A stretch of 63,562 bases of DNA, filler included, from Perkinsus chesapeaki ATCC PRA-425 (GCA_013115145.1; 12 parts of 12 records of this genome joined end to end with filler, not necessarily neighbours in it); one strand, 5' to 3'; shown: positions 1 to 11,978, counted from the first letter of the whole stretch. Notes: a model not told the origin generated them from the letters alone. Made by a program: numbers and translations.

Positions 1-985
1 TGATCTAATACGTGAAGGTAGAGCATGTCTCGCTACTAATCTTGCTACATACTCCTACTATATCGTTTATGCTCTTATTCTCACTGTAGGTCGTCTCTTC
101 TTGACGATCCTCGGTAACTTCAACATCGGCGAATGGATATTCATTATGACAGACCTTCTACTCGGTGTTGGTATGGTATGGACGTCTACTCTATCTGGCC
201 CCGCTAAGACACTTGCCCCTTACCGCCCCACGGCTTCCCTTTTAGGCTGGCGTACTGTACTCTGCTGTATAATTCCACCTTGTATCGCCTTTATAGCCCT
301 AATAATCGCATACGCCACTTTGTGGTCGTCATTTGCATCATCCTGGTACTACCGAGTTGACACCCTCGATATGAAGGTGCCACCTAAAGACTGGATGAAA
401 AAGGGTGACAACTACGATACAGCTGTATTGGTGTTTATTATGTTTACGGTGTTGGCTAATCATGTTTTCACTGCGACATTTGGTGGCGATTTCAGGTGCA
501 ACATCTTACGCAATTGGAGTGTCACGGTGTTCTATTGTATATTCATTGGTTTATCATTTGCCTTATTATGGGTAAACCCTTGTGATCTATCATGTGTTTA
601 TAGAGTATCCTGTGACAGTGGGGCATCATTAGCAACTGGATCAATACCATTTGTTAGTGAATTCTCAGTTGGTAATATTGGTGGTTGTTTTTTGGGACCA
701 CAAGTTCATCGTTATCAAGAATTAGGATATTCTGATTGGACACCATCACCTGAATTTAATTGTCTACCACCACAAGAAGCATTACAACTTTTACCTTATG
801 ATAGCCCACAAATATCAGCTCTTGGCTATGATGGTCCTAATAACGTATTTTCATTCGGCTATCGTATCTTGATGACTGTATTACTAGTCGTTGTGACAAT
901 TGTTATGTATGCATTCGTCAAGGTTGGCCTCCTTGGCCGTGGCGCCGCCTTCTTTAGATCGAGGGTCCGGGGTGGCAACCACTAG
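1..985 (+). CDS. P5-type ATPase (ATP13A-like), C-terminal membrane part, 5'-truncated
   Basis: Multi-TM ORF containing GEWIFIMTDLLL, LAPYRPTASLLG and FGGDFRCNILRN, typical of P5 TM5-10. GT-AG intron at about 18-89. A tandem paralog follows downstream. Confidence 0.8.
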   Translation, partial: DLIREGRACLATNLATYSYYIVYALILTVGRLFLTILGNFNIGEWIFIMTDLLLGVGMVWTSTLSGPAKTLAPYRPTASLLGWRTVLCCIIPPCIAFIALIIAYATLWSSFASSWYYRVDTLDMKVPPKDWMKKGDNYDTAVLVFIMFTVLANHVFTATFGGDFRCNILRNWSVTVFYCIFIGLSFALLWVNPCDLSCVYRVSCDSGASLATGSIPFVSEFSVGNIGGCFLGPQVHRYQELGYSDWTPSPEFNCLPPQEALQLLPYDSPQISALGYDGPNNVFSFGYRILMTVLLVVVTIVMYAFVKVGLLGRGAAFFRSRVRGGNH

Positions 986-2479
986 TTTGCATCTCGAGGG
1001 ACGCGTAGAGCATTACCTTGTCAGCACTTCATTGTGGCCGTATTTCACTAGGGGCAATCCCCCAGATTCTCCCTAAAATGGCCTCGGTGTTGTTCTTCCT
1101 AGTATGTATACTTGTAGCCAATATTGCTGCCTTTGCGGGCTACTGCTGTTTGATAGCAGCGCACTTTGCTTACTTTTTCTCAACGTTACAAAATGTGTCT
1201 TTTTGCTGAGTCCAAGGGTGGGTTCGTTCGATAGCTAGAATCCAGGACCTGGATTCCTGGTCGAGCTTAAGTATCCCAGGTTAGTTCGTTGGACGTTTTT
1301 CGGACTCTTTCAATTGCAGCCATGGTCGCCTTCCAGCATGCTTCCAACCCAGCAAGAAACGGTTTCTAATTTCTTCTGAGTTTTCCTGACGCTTCACGTG
1401 TCGATTGGTTCCGCCCGGCTACGGTAGTTTCAGCTTTCGCTTATGATTTTAGAATCCGACAAGGTTTTGGGAAACCGTGCCACCCACATGCTTGAGGGTT
1501 TCTAACACACTCGACGGTTTCTGATTTTCACAGATCCGGTCGGACGTACTCATATTAATGTAACTTGATAGAATGCGAGATCATCAACCACTTTCGATTA
1601 GACTGGAATTCCTTAGGTGGGAACGTCCACAGCAATCTTACCCACGGAGTCGATCCGAAAACGAATTGGTTTACCTTTTAGTTGCCTGTGTACCTGGTAA
1701 CGCGGGGCTTTTGATTCTTTTGGTTCTACCTATATCTTTTTCATGTTCGGTCATTTCGAGGGCTCAAGTGGAATGTACGCGATTCAACGTATGCGTGCTG
1801 CGGGAGTGCCCGTTCATCGCAAGGAGCACAGTGATCTGAGTGTGTGCAAAGCCTTACCAGATCGGCATGCTTCCAGTCCATGTGCTTCCAATTCTACGGT
1901 ACCATGATACATCATGTCCAGGCAGGCAGCCCGTGGAATTCAGTCCCATCAGAGATTCGGCGTGTTTTTATCCAATTGCCTATATCAATTTGTTATCATT
2001 CGGCTTCTCAGAGCGATAGGTCAAAGTGTAGGTCTATGTTACGGTTAAAGCGTTTGGGAACTGCCGCAGTCGGCTGGCGACCTTGTGAATTGGTTATGGT
2101 TCGGCTAACTCATCGCAAGTTGAAGTAGTTTTTAACGCCTCAGTTTTTTCATCAATGTAGGTTTAGGTAAATCGCTTGCGCGAATAGGGGCACTAATTAA
2201 GTGGTAAGGGTCGGATAGGGAACTCAATTCCGCGGATAAGGAGAAGAATCACAAATCCGCAGACATCGAATTCGGGCTGTACTTTTAGCTACGCAAAAGA
2301 ATCTTCGTAGTGCTGAAATTTTGTTCCTCGGCCATGATGTAATGCTTCACTTGACCGTTTTCCTATCCTCGTTCAATTGTTGTTTTTAGTATTCCTCAAT
2401 GGTGGTCACTTGTAAAGGCAACTAGACCTCGTTTTCAGTTTCCGTGTTATTTACCAACAACGTCTTCCCGCAGATTCGT

Positions 2480-5241
2480 ATGGGCTTCGTCGATTGGGTT
2501 CTATTCGGCTGGTTGCTCACTTTGGGTCTTCTTGGCCTCACGACATGTGGTGTTGTGATCTACAGTCGTCACTTAGCCATGCCCGGCCGCAACAGCGACA
2601 CTGCCGACGGGAAGCCTTCGTCTTCTAATGGTCCACGCGAACTTATTTTTTATGCGGCGGAAGGGTGCCCTAAAACCCTCCTCCAGCGGGGCTATAGACA
2701 TTTCTTTTTTGGTCGTCTTCTCACTGCACTGTGGGTTTTTGTCATGGTTATATCATTTGTAATGATGGCCACCCTGGCAGTGTGCACTTATTTCCCCGAA
2801 GTTGCCGAAGCACTTGATACTGACTGGAATGGTATCACTGGTGCCTTCATAATTACCTTTTTCATTTTTCACACTATGGCCATCCTCCTCATAGAGCTCT
2901 ATAGCACTATCGTGGTATCTCTCATGTTGCCTTCCTCCCCAGCTAATGCATCTCATCTTATGATTGAGGAAGCCCTTCCAGCAGCCCTCATCGATGATAA
3001 GTTAGTTGGTCCAGGCGATACTGACGAGGACCCCACGCCTGGGCTTGCCAAGCGTTTCCTTGCCAAGTTCAGGCAGATAGTCGAAGCATATCGTCGAACT
3101 AGATGTCGAACTCTTTTGCGTATTGACGATGATCCTATCACCACCGTTCGCACCGTCGAGTACACCTGTGTTCGTTATCGTTACGACTCAACGATCGAGG
3201 CTTTCGCTCCAGCTGCTGAGGGAATGAAGGTCACCCCTGCTCAAGCCAGGCAGCGGCTACTTAATGGTGGTCTTTCTATGGAAGAGTGTAGCAATTTACA
3301 GCGCCTTATCGGCCGTAATGAAATTGGAGTGCAGCTACCGTCAGTGTTTATGTCGTTGGTTGACGAGTTCAGTACAGTTTTTTATGTTATTCAAAGTATG
3401 GGGTGTTGGGTGGATCTTGGTTACAGTCTCTGGAACATCGGTGGTATATGCTTCACTGTGATGCTTGTGACAGGCGCGGTCAAGGCCCTTGTTGTGATAC
3501 GGCCACAGAAGAAAAAGCTTCATGAGCTGGCTCAGCACAAGACCAATGTCAATGTTCTACGAGATGGCCGATGGCAGTCGATCGAATCCACCCAGGTTGT
3601 CATAGGCGACGTGCTTCGTCTTCAAGAGCAACATGAGCTCGTCTGTGATGGTTATGTTATTGATGGCACTGCGGTGCTCAATGAGGCTGCGCTGACCGGA
3701 GAGCCAATGCCAGTTCAGAAAGTGGCCGTTGAGAAATCCTCTACTTTGTGGGATGCGAGGAATATAGTTCACGCAGGTAAGTTATCTCGACTTATCGTTT
3801 ATGTTGTTGATGTTCATTCGTTTTGCTATCCTTTTAAGATTCCCGTTTTTTGATCTAACACGACTGATACATCCGTCAACTGAATCAACACTAGCTTGCG
3901 ATATACCATCTGTCCCTGCCGACGGTCACTGTCACTACTTCCTATCAAGTCTGTCCAATTTGCAGTTCAGCTTCTCCCGATCGAGTGTGTAGCTCAATAT
4001 TATTCCTCTATGCTTAAGCGCGATATCTTTCATCTCACAGAACTTTGTGCCGGCCCGTAAAAGGGACAGCATTTGTGTCACGACAGATGTGCGGTAGGTA
4101 CTCTGTGTGTGAAGTCAAGCGGGTCTTCCGATGACGAAGCTGTTATGATCGTATCAGCCATCGGTGGCCTAACAGCAAAGGGCAAAATGGTTAGAATCGT
4201 CATGTTCCCAGAGCCTGTCAGGTAGCAGGAGCTGATGTTCGCCGTTAGAGCTTCACCTTCTCCTCAGATTCAAGTATCATGACCAGCTACCTTTGGTGTA
4301 CTTGGGACTGTTTCTCTATGCACTTCTGTTATCTGTTGCCTATTTTGTGTTCACCCGTATAGGCAATTGGGTTGTTACAATACTACAGGTTATGGTAGCA
4401 GTTAAGCAATCTATCAATCCAATGTTACCAGTAGCAATGGTAATGGGACAGACTGTAGCTGCTAAACGATTACGTAATCATCATAAGATATTCTGCCTTC
4501 AACCAGAGAGGATACCAGTTGCTGGTAAAATATCAGTTATGGTATTTGATAAGACTGGTACCATTACTAAGGATGGTATGGAACTTGTTGGGGTCCTCCC
4601 TGCGCAAGGCGGCAAGCTCGGCAATCGTCTAGATATGGCATCACCTTCAACTCCCTCAACTTTGGCTGGAACCTTGCTCAGCAAATGTGGTGATACTGAC
4701 GGTCTCACTGAAGAACTTCACCGAGGTCTCGCATGCTGTCACAGTGTGATCCGTTTAAGGGATGGCAGCCTCAGTGGAGACCAGGTTGAGATCGCAATGT
4801 TTAATGCGTCCGGCTGGACCATATCCGACAAAGGTGAGGTCGTTATTACTTCACCGGACGGTTGCACGGAACTCTCCGTTCTTCGCCATATGCATTTCCA
4901 GAGGGAAACGATGACCAGTGGATGTATCGTCCAAACAGGGATTACCTCTGATTGCCACAACAGCCGCAGTTTGACTGTGTTTGTTAAAGGCTCACCTGAA
5001 AGCATAATGAAATGCTGCACCACGGTACCTGATGTGTACATGAAAGCCTGCGAGGAGCTTGCGGCGGAGAATCTTTACGTCTTGGCAATGGCATCGAAGA
5101 ATTTGTCGGTGAAAGTTACAGCTGGTGATTTAACGGATATGAAACGAAGTGATCTCGAGACTGGTCTGAGTTTGGTAGGATTATTATTGTTCAAGAATGA
5201 AGTTAAAAGTGATAGTGCATTAGCAATTAAAATGTTAAAGG
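2480..5241 (+). CDS. P5-type cation-transporting ATPase, multi-exon, 3'-truncated
   Basis: A-domain LNEAALTGEP, phosphorylation motif FDKTGTIT, VKGSPE, LLLFKNEVK. Introns between about 3778 and 4270. Confidence 0.9.
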
Positions 5242-5341
5242 NNNNNNNNNNNNNNNNNNNNNNNNNNNNNNNNNNNNNNNNNNNNTTAATTAATTAANNN
5301 NNNNNNNNNNNNNNNNNNNNNNNNNNNNNNNNNNNNNNNNN
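5242..5341. other. Artificial contig linker (N-run + TTAATTAATTAA + N-run); one of 11
   Basis: The same 100-nt construct recurs at 8799-8898, 10532-10631, 11879-11978, 43819-43918, 50805-50904, 51944-52043, 55313-55412, 56699-56798, 59456-59555 and 61877-61976. The 12-mer places stop codons in all six frames. Confidence 0.97.
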
Positions 5342-5355
5342 CATCTTGGCTCAAG
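5342..5355 (+). other. Spliced-leader exon relic (3' 14 nt), cut by contig edge
   Basis: CATCTTGGCTCAAG equals the 3' end of the Perkinsus SL (ACCGTAGCCATCTTGGCTCAAG). It is followed by ATTAG, not a GT donor. Confidence 0.8.
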
Positions 5356-5407
5356 ATTAGTTGATCTAATCGTTTTCTATAAGAGCTCCCAAAGCTCCCA
5401 ACTCCTT

Positions 5408-6484
5408 ATGTCACCCCCGTCACGTCGTTCATCGGAAGTTAGTGCGCCGCAGATCGACGAAGAAGCCGATAAGTCTTTCGCTGAAGCAATGAGCAGCTTA
5501 GAGGAGATTTTACATCATGAACCAAATAAACGACTTACTACTGAGCGTTGTGCTCTAGGTAATGAAATGCTTTGTACTATTCGTAGGTATATCTGTGATC
5601 TACTTGAAGAGAATCGAGATATTAGAAAACAGCTTATGGAGTCCATCCTGAACTCTAAGACTCAACCCCATGTCTCGTATAGGGACGTGGCTTCTAGAGG
5701 CGTACAGCCTCTTCCAGCTGTGCAAGCTACTCAAGTCTTTACTCCTAATATTAAGAACAAATCGATTATTTTGAGGCCGACAAGTGAAGGAATGGATATC
5801 CAAGGACATGTTTCGGCCCTAAGAGATGCTCTAGATGGGCTCGAGATTGTCCGCATCAAGCCCCGTCAGAGTGGAGTAGAGGTTATTACTAGTCCCTCTA
5901 CACTCGTTGAGGACATTCAGAACAAGATTACTGGTGCTAATTTGCCATTTACTGCTGGCAATGCCCCTAAGCTTCAACCTGAAGTTCTGGTTTTTACTGG
6001 GGATTATTTGGGAAATCCTGAAGATCTCTTCCAGGATATAGTATCCCATAATAATCTGCTAACTCCAGCCAGTTGGCATGTGGTTCGTACTAATACTCGT
6101 TTTACCATTTATCGTATGGACCCTGAACAACGCAAACACCTACTTGCTAGAGGCGGTTGTTTTGTTAAAGGCCAGAAGATTAAATGTAAGGACGTTGTTA
6201 CTATAAGAATTTGCTTTACCTGCGGGAAGGCCCATGCCAACCCAGCGAATTGTAATGTAAAACCAGAAGATAGAGTCTGTGTACGCTGCTGTGGAAAACA
6301 CTCCCTTAAATTGGGAGAATGTCCCATAGAAGGTGTACCAGAAGTGTTGAAGTGTTGTCTATGTGGGGGTGAGGGCCACACCCCTTTTAGAGGAGATAAC
6401 TCTCTTTGCCATAAAACGATAGAATTGAAACAACGTAAGGTTAATATGACAGACTATGGTGATGGCCCCCTCCCCTGTCAGTAG
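5408..6484 (+). CDS. LINE ORF1 (gag-like nucleic-acid-binding protein), intact 358 aa
   Basis: Coiled-coil N-terminus, SYRDVA motif, and knuckles CFTCGKAHANPANC, CVRCCGKHSLKLGEC and CCLCGGEGHTPFRGDNSLC (about 6212-6410). Confidence 0.9.
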   Translation: MSPPSRRSSEVSAPQIDEEADKSFAEAMSSLEEILHHEPNKRLTTERCALGNEMLCTIRRYICDLLEENRDIRKQLMESILNSKTQPHVSYRDVASRGVQPLPAVQATQVFTPNIKNKSIILRPTSEGMDIQGHVSALRDALDGLEIVRIKPRQSGVEVITSPSTLVEDIQNKITGANLPFTAGNAPKLQPEVLVFTGDYLGNPEDLFQDIVSHNNLLTPASWHVVRTNTRFTIYRMDPEQRKHLLARGGCFVKGQKIKCKDVVTIRICFTCGKAHANPANCNVKPEDRVCVRCCGKHSLKLGECPIEGVPEVLKCCLCGGEGHTPFRGDNSLCHKTIELKQRKVNMTDYGDGPLPCQ

Positions 6485-6636
6485 TTTTGGTCCTCTATGA
6501 TGGTTCCTATAATTTGCTTGTAATATGTTCTATAATACNNNNNNNNNNNNNNNNNNNNNNNNNNNNNNNNNNNNNNNNNNNNNNNNNNNNNNNNNNNNNN
6601 NNNNNNNNNNNNNNNNNNNNNNNNNNNNNNNNNNNN

Positions 6637-8798
6637 TTTTACAAATTAATTGTAATCGTTCTAAAGAATGTCTTAATTTAGTTGCTCACATGTATGATCC
6701 GGACTTCATTTTAGTCCAGGAGCCTCCTCAACGATATCATGTTGATAATTTTATGTGTTTTCGATTTTCTAATAACTCGAAATCTTCTATTTATATTAAA
6801 CGCAGTCTGTCTGATCGTTTTGCCTTAATTCCTAGTATTTCTTCTATTGAGGTTACTGCAGTTAGCTCAATTGAGCTTACTCTGATATCGTTTTATATTT
6901 CGCCAAGCTCCTCAGACATAGGATCTTTATGGCGTCTAAGTGAGAAGCTATTGCAAGAGGATAAGGTTATTATGGCTGGTGACTGTAATGGCTATCATAT
7001 GGATTGGGGTATCTTGTACCCGGATAGAAGAAATGATATAGCTTTTAATATTGGTAAACAAGTCTCTGAATTCACTAAGTTATGTCTCTTGGAATGTATT
7101 AATAATAATTCAGTTTTATTACCAACTTATGCGCATGCAGATGGCATACGCAAATCTATTGTTGATGTGACTTTTCGTGGCTCTGGTCTATTTACCTCGG
7201 ATTGGATGGTACGTTTGGATGACAGCCTTAGTGACCATAAGGCCATTACTTTCTCTGTTAAACCCTATGATGATATCTTGGTTGGAAATGATGATAACGA
7301 CAATGCTTCGAATTACAGCTATTTCAAGACCAATTGGAAGGATTATACCGATTATCTAAAGTTGCACTCTGAAGAATTGAAACATGAAGAAATATTATGT
7401 TATGAGGAGTTGTTGGAAAGAGAATCGACTCTAATTTCGGTATTACAGAGAGCTATCTCCTTTTCTACACCGGTAAAGAAGTCTAAAACACTCACTCGAA
7501 GGAATACTTGGTGGGATCAAGAATGTCGGAAGGCTCGCAGTGATCTTAAGAGAGCTGAGCGAGTGGTTGGTCGGCAAGGTGTCGAGTATAAAGAACTCAG
7601 AAGTGCCTATAAAGCTCTTATTGCCAGAAAGAAGGCAGCTAGCTTCGAGGACTTTGCCAATAAGTTGGAAAATGATAAGCACTATTTCAAAAAAGTTAAA
7701 TCTCCGACTAAGTTCGGAGAATCGCTTTTGTGTGGTGATGTCTCTCCGGAGGAGACAGCCGAGAAGCTAGCGGATGCTTACTTGGGTCCGAGGAGAAATG
7801 ATGATGTTATGGTCACCGGAACGCCAGTTCAATTACCCTATCCCTTAGCTGACCTTCAGAATTTTGAAAAGGTTGCTATTACACCTGAGGATGTCTTGGT
7901 GGCTCTCACCTCAAGAAGGAAGAATTGGAATAAGTGTGGTGGTATTGATGGCCTTAGGTGGAAACACTTAGCTATGGTCCCTAAATCGATTACTGAAGAG
8001 CTCTCTCGTATAATCTCAGCTAGCATTAATTTTGGTAAGGTACCGCCATCTTGGAAGCATTCAAATGTGAAATTTATTCCTAAGGGCCGAAACGCCGGCC
8101 AACTTAATGGTTATCGGCCGGTATCATTAACTGTGGTTCTATGCAAGCTGGCAGAGGCCTGCATACTTGATAAACTGCATGCTGTAGAAGATGAGCTACT
8201 CCTATCAGAGTGTATGTACGGGTACCTACCAAATAGAAGTACTACTAAACTGGTTGGTAAAATCAAGAATAATATAGGCCGAAAGGGCCCATGGGGTGTT
8301 ATTGCTCTAGATTGCTCCAATGCTTTTGGAGAAATCACCCACCAGCAAGTTCTAAAATCATTAACTGAGCACCATGTTAATGGATATCTTATTAATTGGA
8401 TTTCCTCTTGGCTAAGCACACGGACTAATGAAACTAATTTCCTTGGAGTTAACCTTAGAAGATACGCGCCTGAGGGAAAGGGCACGCCTCAAGGAGCTAT
8501 TTTGAGTCCCTTCTTGTTCAACCTAACCTGTTTTGATGTCTTGGTCAAGCTTCAACACAGACTGAAACTTGAACTCCGAAACCATACTGTTGAAATATTA
8601 TCTTATGCAGACGATAGTTTCTTGACTATTAATTTTGATGCTCGTGTGTCTACAGAAACGATGGATGGTCTTATCTCCAAATGTATTGAACTTTCACAAG
8701 AAGCTATGATGGTACTTGGTCTACACATATCGGTTGAAAAGACTGCAGTCTTGGTGAACTATAAATCTACCCTATATCAAGAAGAGATTATGACAGTT
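6637..8798 (+). CDS. LINE ORF2 (AP endonuclease + reverse transcriptase), start lies in the N gap
   Basis: APE motifs LQINCNRS, LVQEP, AGDCNGYH, SIVDVTF and SDHKAI. RT motifs YRPVSL, PQGAILSPFLFN and YADD. No stop codons over about 720 codons. Confidence 0.95.
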
Positions 8799-9289
8799 NN
8801 NNNNNNNNNNNNNNNNNNNNNNNNNNNNNNNNNNNNNNNNNNTTAATTAATTAANNNNNNNNNNNNNNNNNNNNNNNNNNNNNNNNNNNNNNNNNNNNCT
8901 CGTGGGCGGGGTTGGATCCACCGAACCCATGCCAGCCTGAAACAAAGCTGCGAGTCACAGCCTGCGACGATGTATTCCTACTAGAAATTCTAGCGTAGAA
9001 AAATTATGATATAAATGTACCACTTAGGCAGAGCGCATTCCCCAATGATAGCTTGACATTACATGAGATTTTAACGTACAATTGCGCCTTGGTCTCGTCG
9101 GTGTTTGGAAGCTGCTCTCAGAAGCTCCCTCCAACCGATTATGCTGCATGTTAAGACGGCTATTCAGCGCTATGTTCGTGCTCGTCAGCTTTTCAATATC
9201 TTCCGACTGACGCCGATTCTCAGAAGTAGCATAAGCGATAATTTCCTACAAGAAGAATATTATTGAAGTATAACCGGCAAAAACACGGG

Positions 9290-10040
9290 TCTACATCTTT
9301 TTCATTCAATTGACTGGTAACAGTTTGCTTCAAACAAGCCAACTCATCCAGAATCTCCGATGCAGATTGTTGTCTCTTCTGAGATGCACTTAGCAGTGTA
9401 TCATACTAACCGTTTAATAACCTCCAATTTAGCAATTTCCTTTTCCAAGTCGGATATCCGACTCCTGGCGGCAGTTAGGGCCTTGTCATCAGCTTCTTTT
9501 GTGTCCTTCATAGAGTTTAATTCTTTCTGAATCTCTAAAGTAGACAGCTTTTCCTTCTGAAATGAAAAATACATATTTGACTGCACACAGCTAGAGCGAC
9601 AGAATCGTGCCTCCAATCCAGCAACTTCCTTTTCCAAGTCGGATATCCGACTCCTGGCGGCAGTTAGGGCCTTGTCATCAGCTTCTTTTGTGTCCTTCAT
9701 NNNNNNNNNNNNNNNNNNNNNNNNNNNNNNNNNNNNNNNNNNNNNNNNNNNNNNNNNNNNNNNNNNNNNNNNNNNNNNNNNNNNNNNNNNNNNNNNCGTG
9801 CCTCCAATCCAGCAACTTCCTTTTCCAAGTCGGATATCCGACTCCTGGCGGCAGTTAGGGCCTTGTCATCAACTTCTTTTGTGCCCTTCATTAAGTTTAA
9901 TTCTTTCTGAATCTCTAAAGTAGACAGCTTTTCTTTCTGAAATGAAAAATACATATCTGACTGCACACAGCTAGGGCGACAGAATCGTGCCTCCAATTCA
10001 GCAACTTCCTTTTCCAAGTCGGATATCCTACTGCTTGCAA
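9290..10040 (-). CDS. Coiled-coil repeat protein, partial multi-exon
   Basis: Repeated 45-aa exon KEKLSTLEIQKELNSMKDTKEADDKALTAARSRISDLEKEVAGLE. After a GT-AG intron it continues as KRQQSASEILDELACLKQ. Confidence 0.65.
9421..10020. repeat. 189-bp tandem repeat (135-nt exon + 54-nt putative GC-AG intron), at least 3 copies, interrupted by an N gap
   Basis: The anchor TTTTCCAAGT occurs at 9441, 9630, 9821 and 10010, 189 bp apart on each side of the gap. Confidence 0.9.
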
Positions 10041-10829
10041 CTGTTAACTCGCTAGACGCACATTGCCGGCTTATCCTTAATAATCGATTATCCTCCTAGG
10101 GTGAATTGATGCCACCCACAACAAATTAAAGAAACTACCCTCACCTTTTCCAATTCCGTGCAAGACTCTTGTACTCCACGAACAAAGTGCCCGGCGCCTC
10201 GGAAACGTTTTGCACACGGCGTCGCCTGACACTTGGTTCACTAAATCACCGAGAAGTTCTCGGTAACCAGTACCTCAGTGTTCAACTGATTGTTATGCTC
10301 GCAGCGAAGCAGTTCTCCCCTTCTACCAGCTTCTATCCGCCTGACAAGAATAACTTCTTTGTAAACCAATGGGAGACCGATGGTCTCAGACCAATACTAT
10401 GATACTCACTGATGATTGTTCTCAGCTATGCCGTTTGGCGACATGTTAGCCTGAAAATCAGCTCATTAACTACGGTATCCCGAAAGTTTTGGCTTGAAGC
10501 TTCCGAACCAAAACCGCCGCACTTTCGCGTTNNNNNNNNNNNNNNNNNNNNNNNNNNNNNNNNNNNNNNNNNNNNTTAATTAATTAANNNNNNNNNNNNN
10601 NNNNNNNNNNNNNNNNNNNNNNNNNNNNNNNGCTGGCAATGGGCTGAGGTCGTTGGAGTATTAACTTGTATGTTAATGAGATAGACTAGCGAAACGAATG
10701 ATATCATATAAATATATGTACTTTATTATATTATCATTTATTATAATAAGTCTTGGTTTATTCCCATTTATCAATATTATATATCCACTATAATATTATA
10801 TATATATTAATAATACCTGATAAACTGGT

Positions 10830-11443
10830 ACTCCCAGTCAAGGTTGAAGTCCACCACCCCATTCCTCTCTGTACCGAATTGTTTAACCGCCGGATTCAGG
10901 TCAGCCACCGATGAAGGGATCCAGGAGCATGGGCTTGCCGACGGCCTCAGCTCTTCAAAAGTATGCGAAGTTATCGCCAGGATTTCGAGTTCTCGACAGG
11001 TCTGCTAGAACAACTCGTCGAGCCCGGAGCTGTGACTCTACATTGGCGAGCCGTCGTGGAGGTCCTAGGCCCCAGATTAAGACTGATCCCATCACCCTCG
11101 GACTTCATGGGCAGACGAGATTACCTGAGGTGGCATCCCTGCCCAACTTCTTGGCGAGGAGAATCATCTGCAGGTGTTCTGTATCGGCACCCCTGATGTC
11201 ACTCCTGACAGCAGTTCGAGGAGCTCCAGGCCACGCTCGGCTGAGGGACCAAGAAGGCCTCAGAAAGTCACACTTGGATTCTCGGAGGAGGTTACGATTC
11301 CTAAACGGAAGAAGCCGGCAGTGGAGACCGTGGTCGATCATCCCACACCGGAGGCCGACATGTCGATCAGTATTCTTGCCAAAGAAGTTGTCTCAGACAT
11401 CGTTGCCGTTGTCCAGGAGAAAACGGTTGTCATTAGTAGCTAA
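10830..11443 (+). CDS. Hypothetical multi-exon protein, 3' part
   Basis: Coding-like segments LFKSMRSYRQDFEFSTGLLEQLVEPG.. and ..EVTIPKRKKPAVETVVDH.., flanked by plausible GT/AG sites. Confidence 0.35.
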
Positions 11444-11978
11444 TTCGAACCCATGTACAGTTTCATCCATAATCGATTTATTTTTCTGCGTCTGGATGAG
11501 GACAGGATCCTCCATCTTGAACAATCGAAACATCACCGTCACCCCCTTGTTGACGTCTCGCATGAAGTTTAATGATTCTCCGGTGTGTGTCGAGTTGGTC
11601 AAACAATACTGGAGGGTCCCAGTTGAGTTGGTGATGTCCTCCAACAAAGAGTTCGCATTTCTTAAACCGCCGTTCTCCCGCCTCCAATACTCCTCAGGTC
11701 GACTGCAGGACTCTGGTGATTACCACTGCTACTCGATACGAGGGCCTCGTCTAGATCGTACCAGGGTTGATCCAGCGACTCTTCGTAGGTTTAGTAGATC
11801 CTTCAGTGCCCATGAGACAGTTCCTTAGGCACGGCCAATGTGTCCATAGAGGAAGTTCGTAGAGAGCAACGAAGTGAANNNNNNNNNNNNNNNNNNNNNN
11901 NNNNNNNNNNNNNNNNNNNNNNTTAATTAATTAANNNNNNNNNNNNNNNNNNNNNNNNNNNNNNNNNNNNNNNNNNNN

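Larger units (their letters stand above)
5342..8798 (+). mobile_element. Non-LTR retrotransposon (APE-RT LINE, R1/LOA/I-group-like), 3'-truncated
   Basis: ORF1 with three CCHC knuckles followed by ORF2 with AP endonuclease and RT domains. Confidence 0.95.

Noticed and set aside
1238-1256. Perfect 9-bp inverted repeat GAATCCAGG-A-CCTGGATTC
   Set aside because: Isolated and short, with no second copy or element context seen.
5286-5297. Palindromic TTAATTAATTAA repeated 11 times
   Set aside because: Always centred in a 100-nt N block, so it is an assembly linker. ORF tails ending in LIN or containing X are artefacts.
5342-5355. Functional SL-RNA gene at 5342 or 20380
   Set aside because: Neither SL match is followed by the GT donor required for an SL-RNA gene.
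9421-10020. Possible CRISPR-like array
   Set aside because: Units are 189-bp near-identical coding repeats with no unique spacers, and the context is eukaryotic with no cas genes.
10911-11828. 305-aa ORF
   Set aside because: Arg/Ser-rich and not protein-like. More plausible exons lie in other frames.
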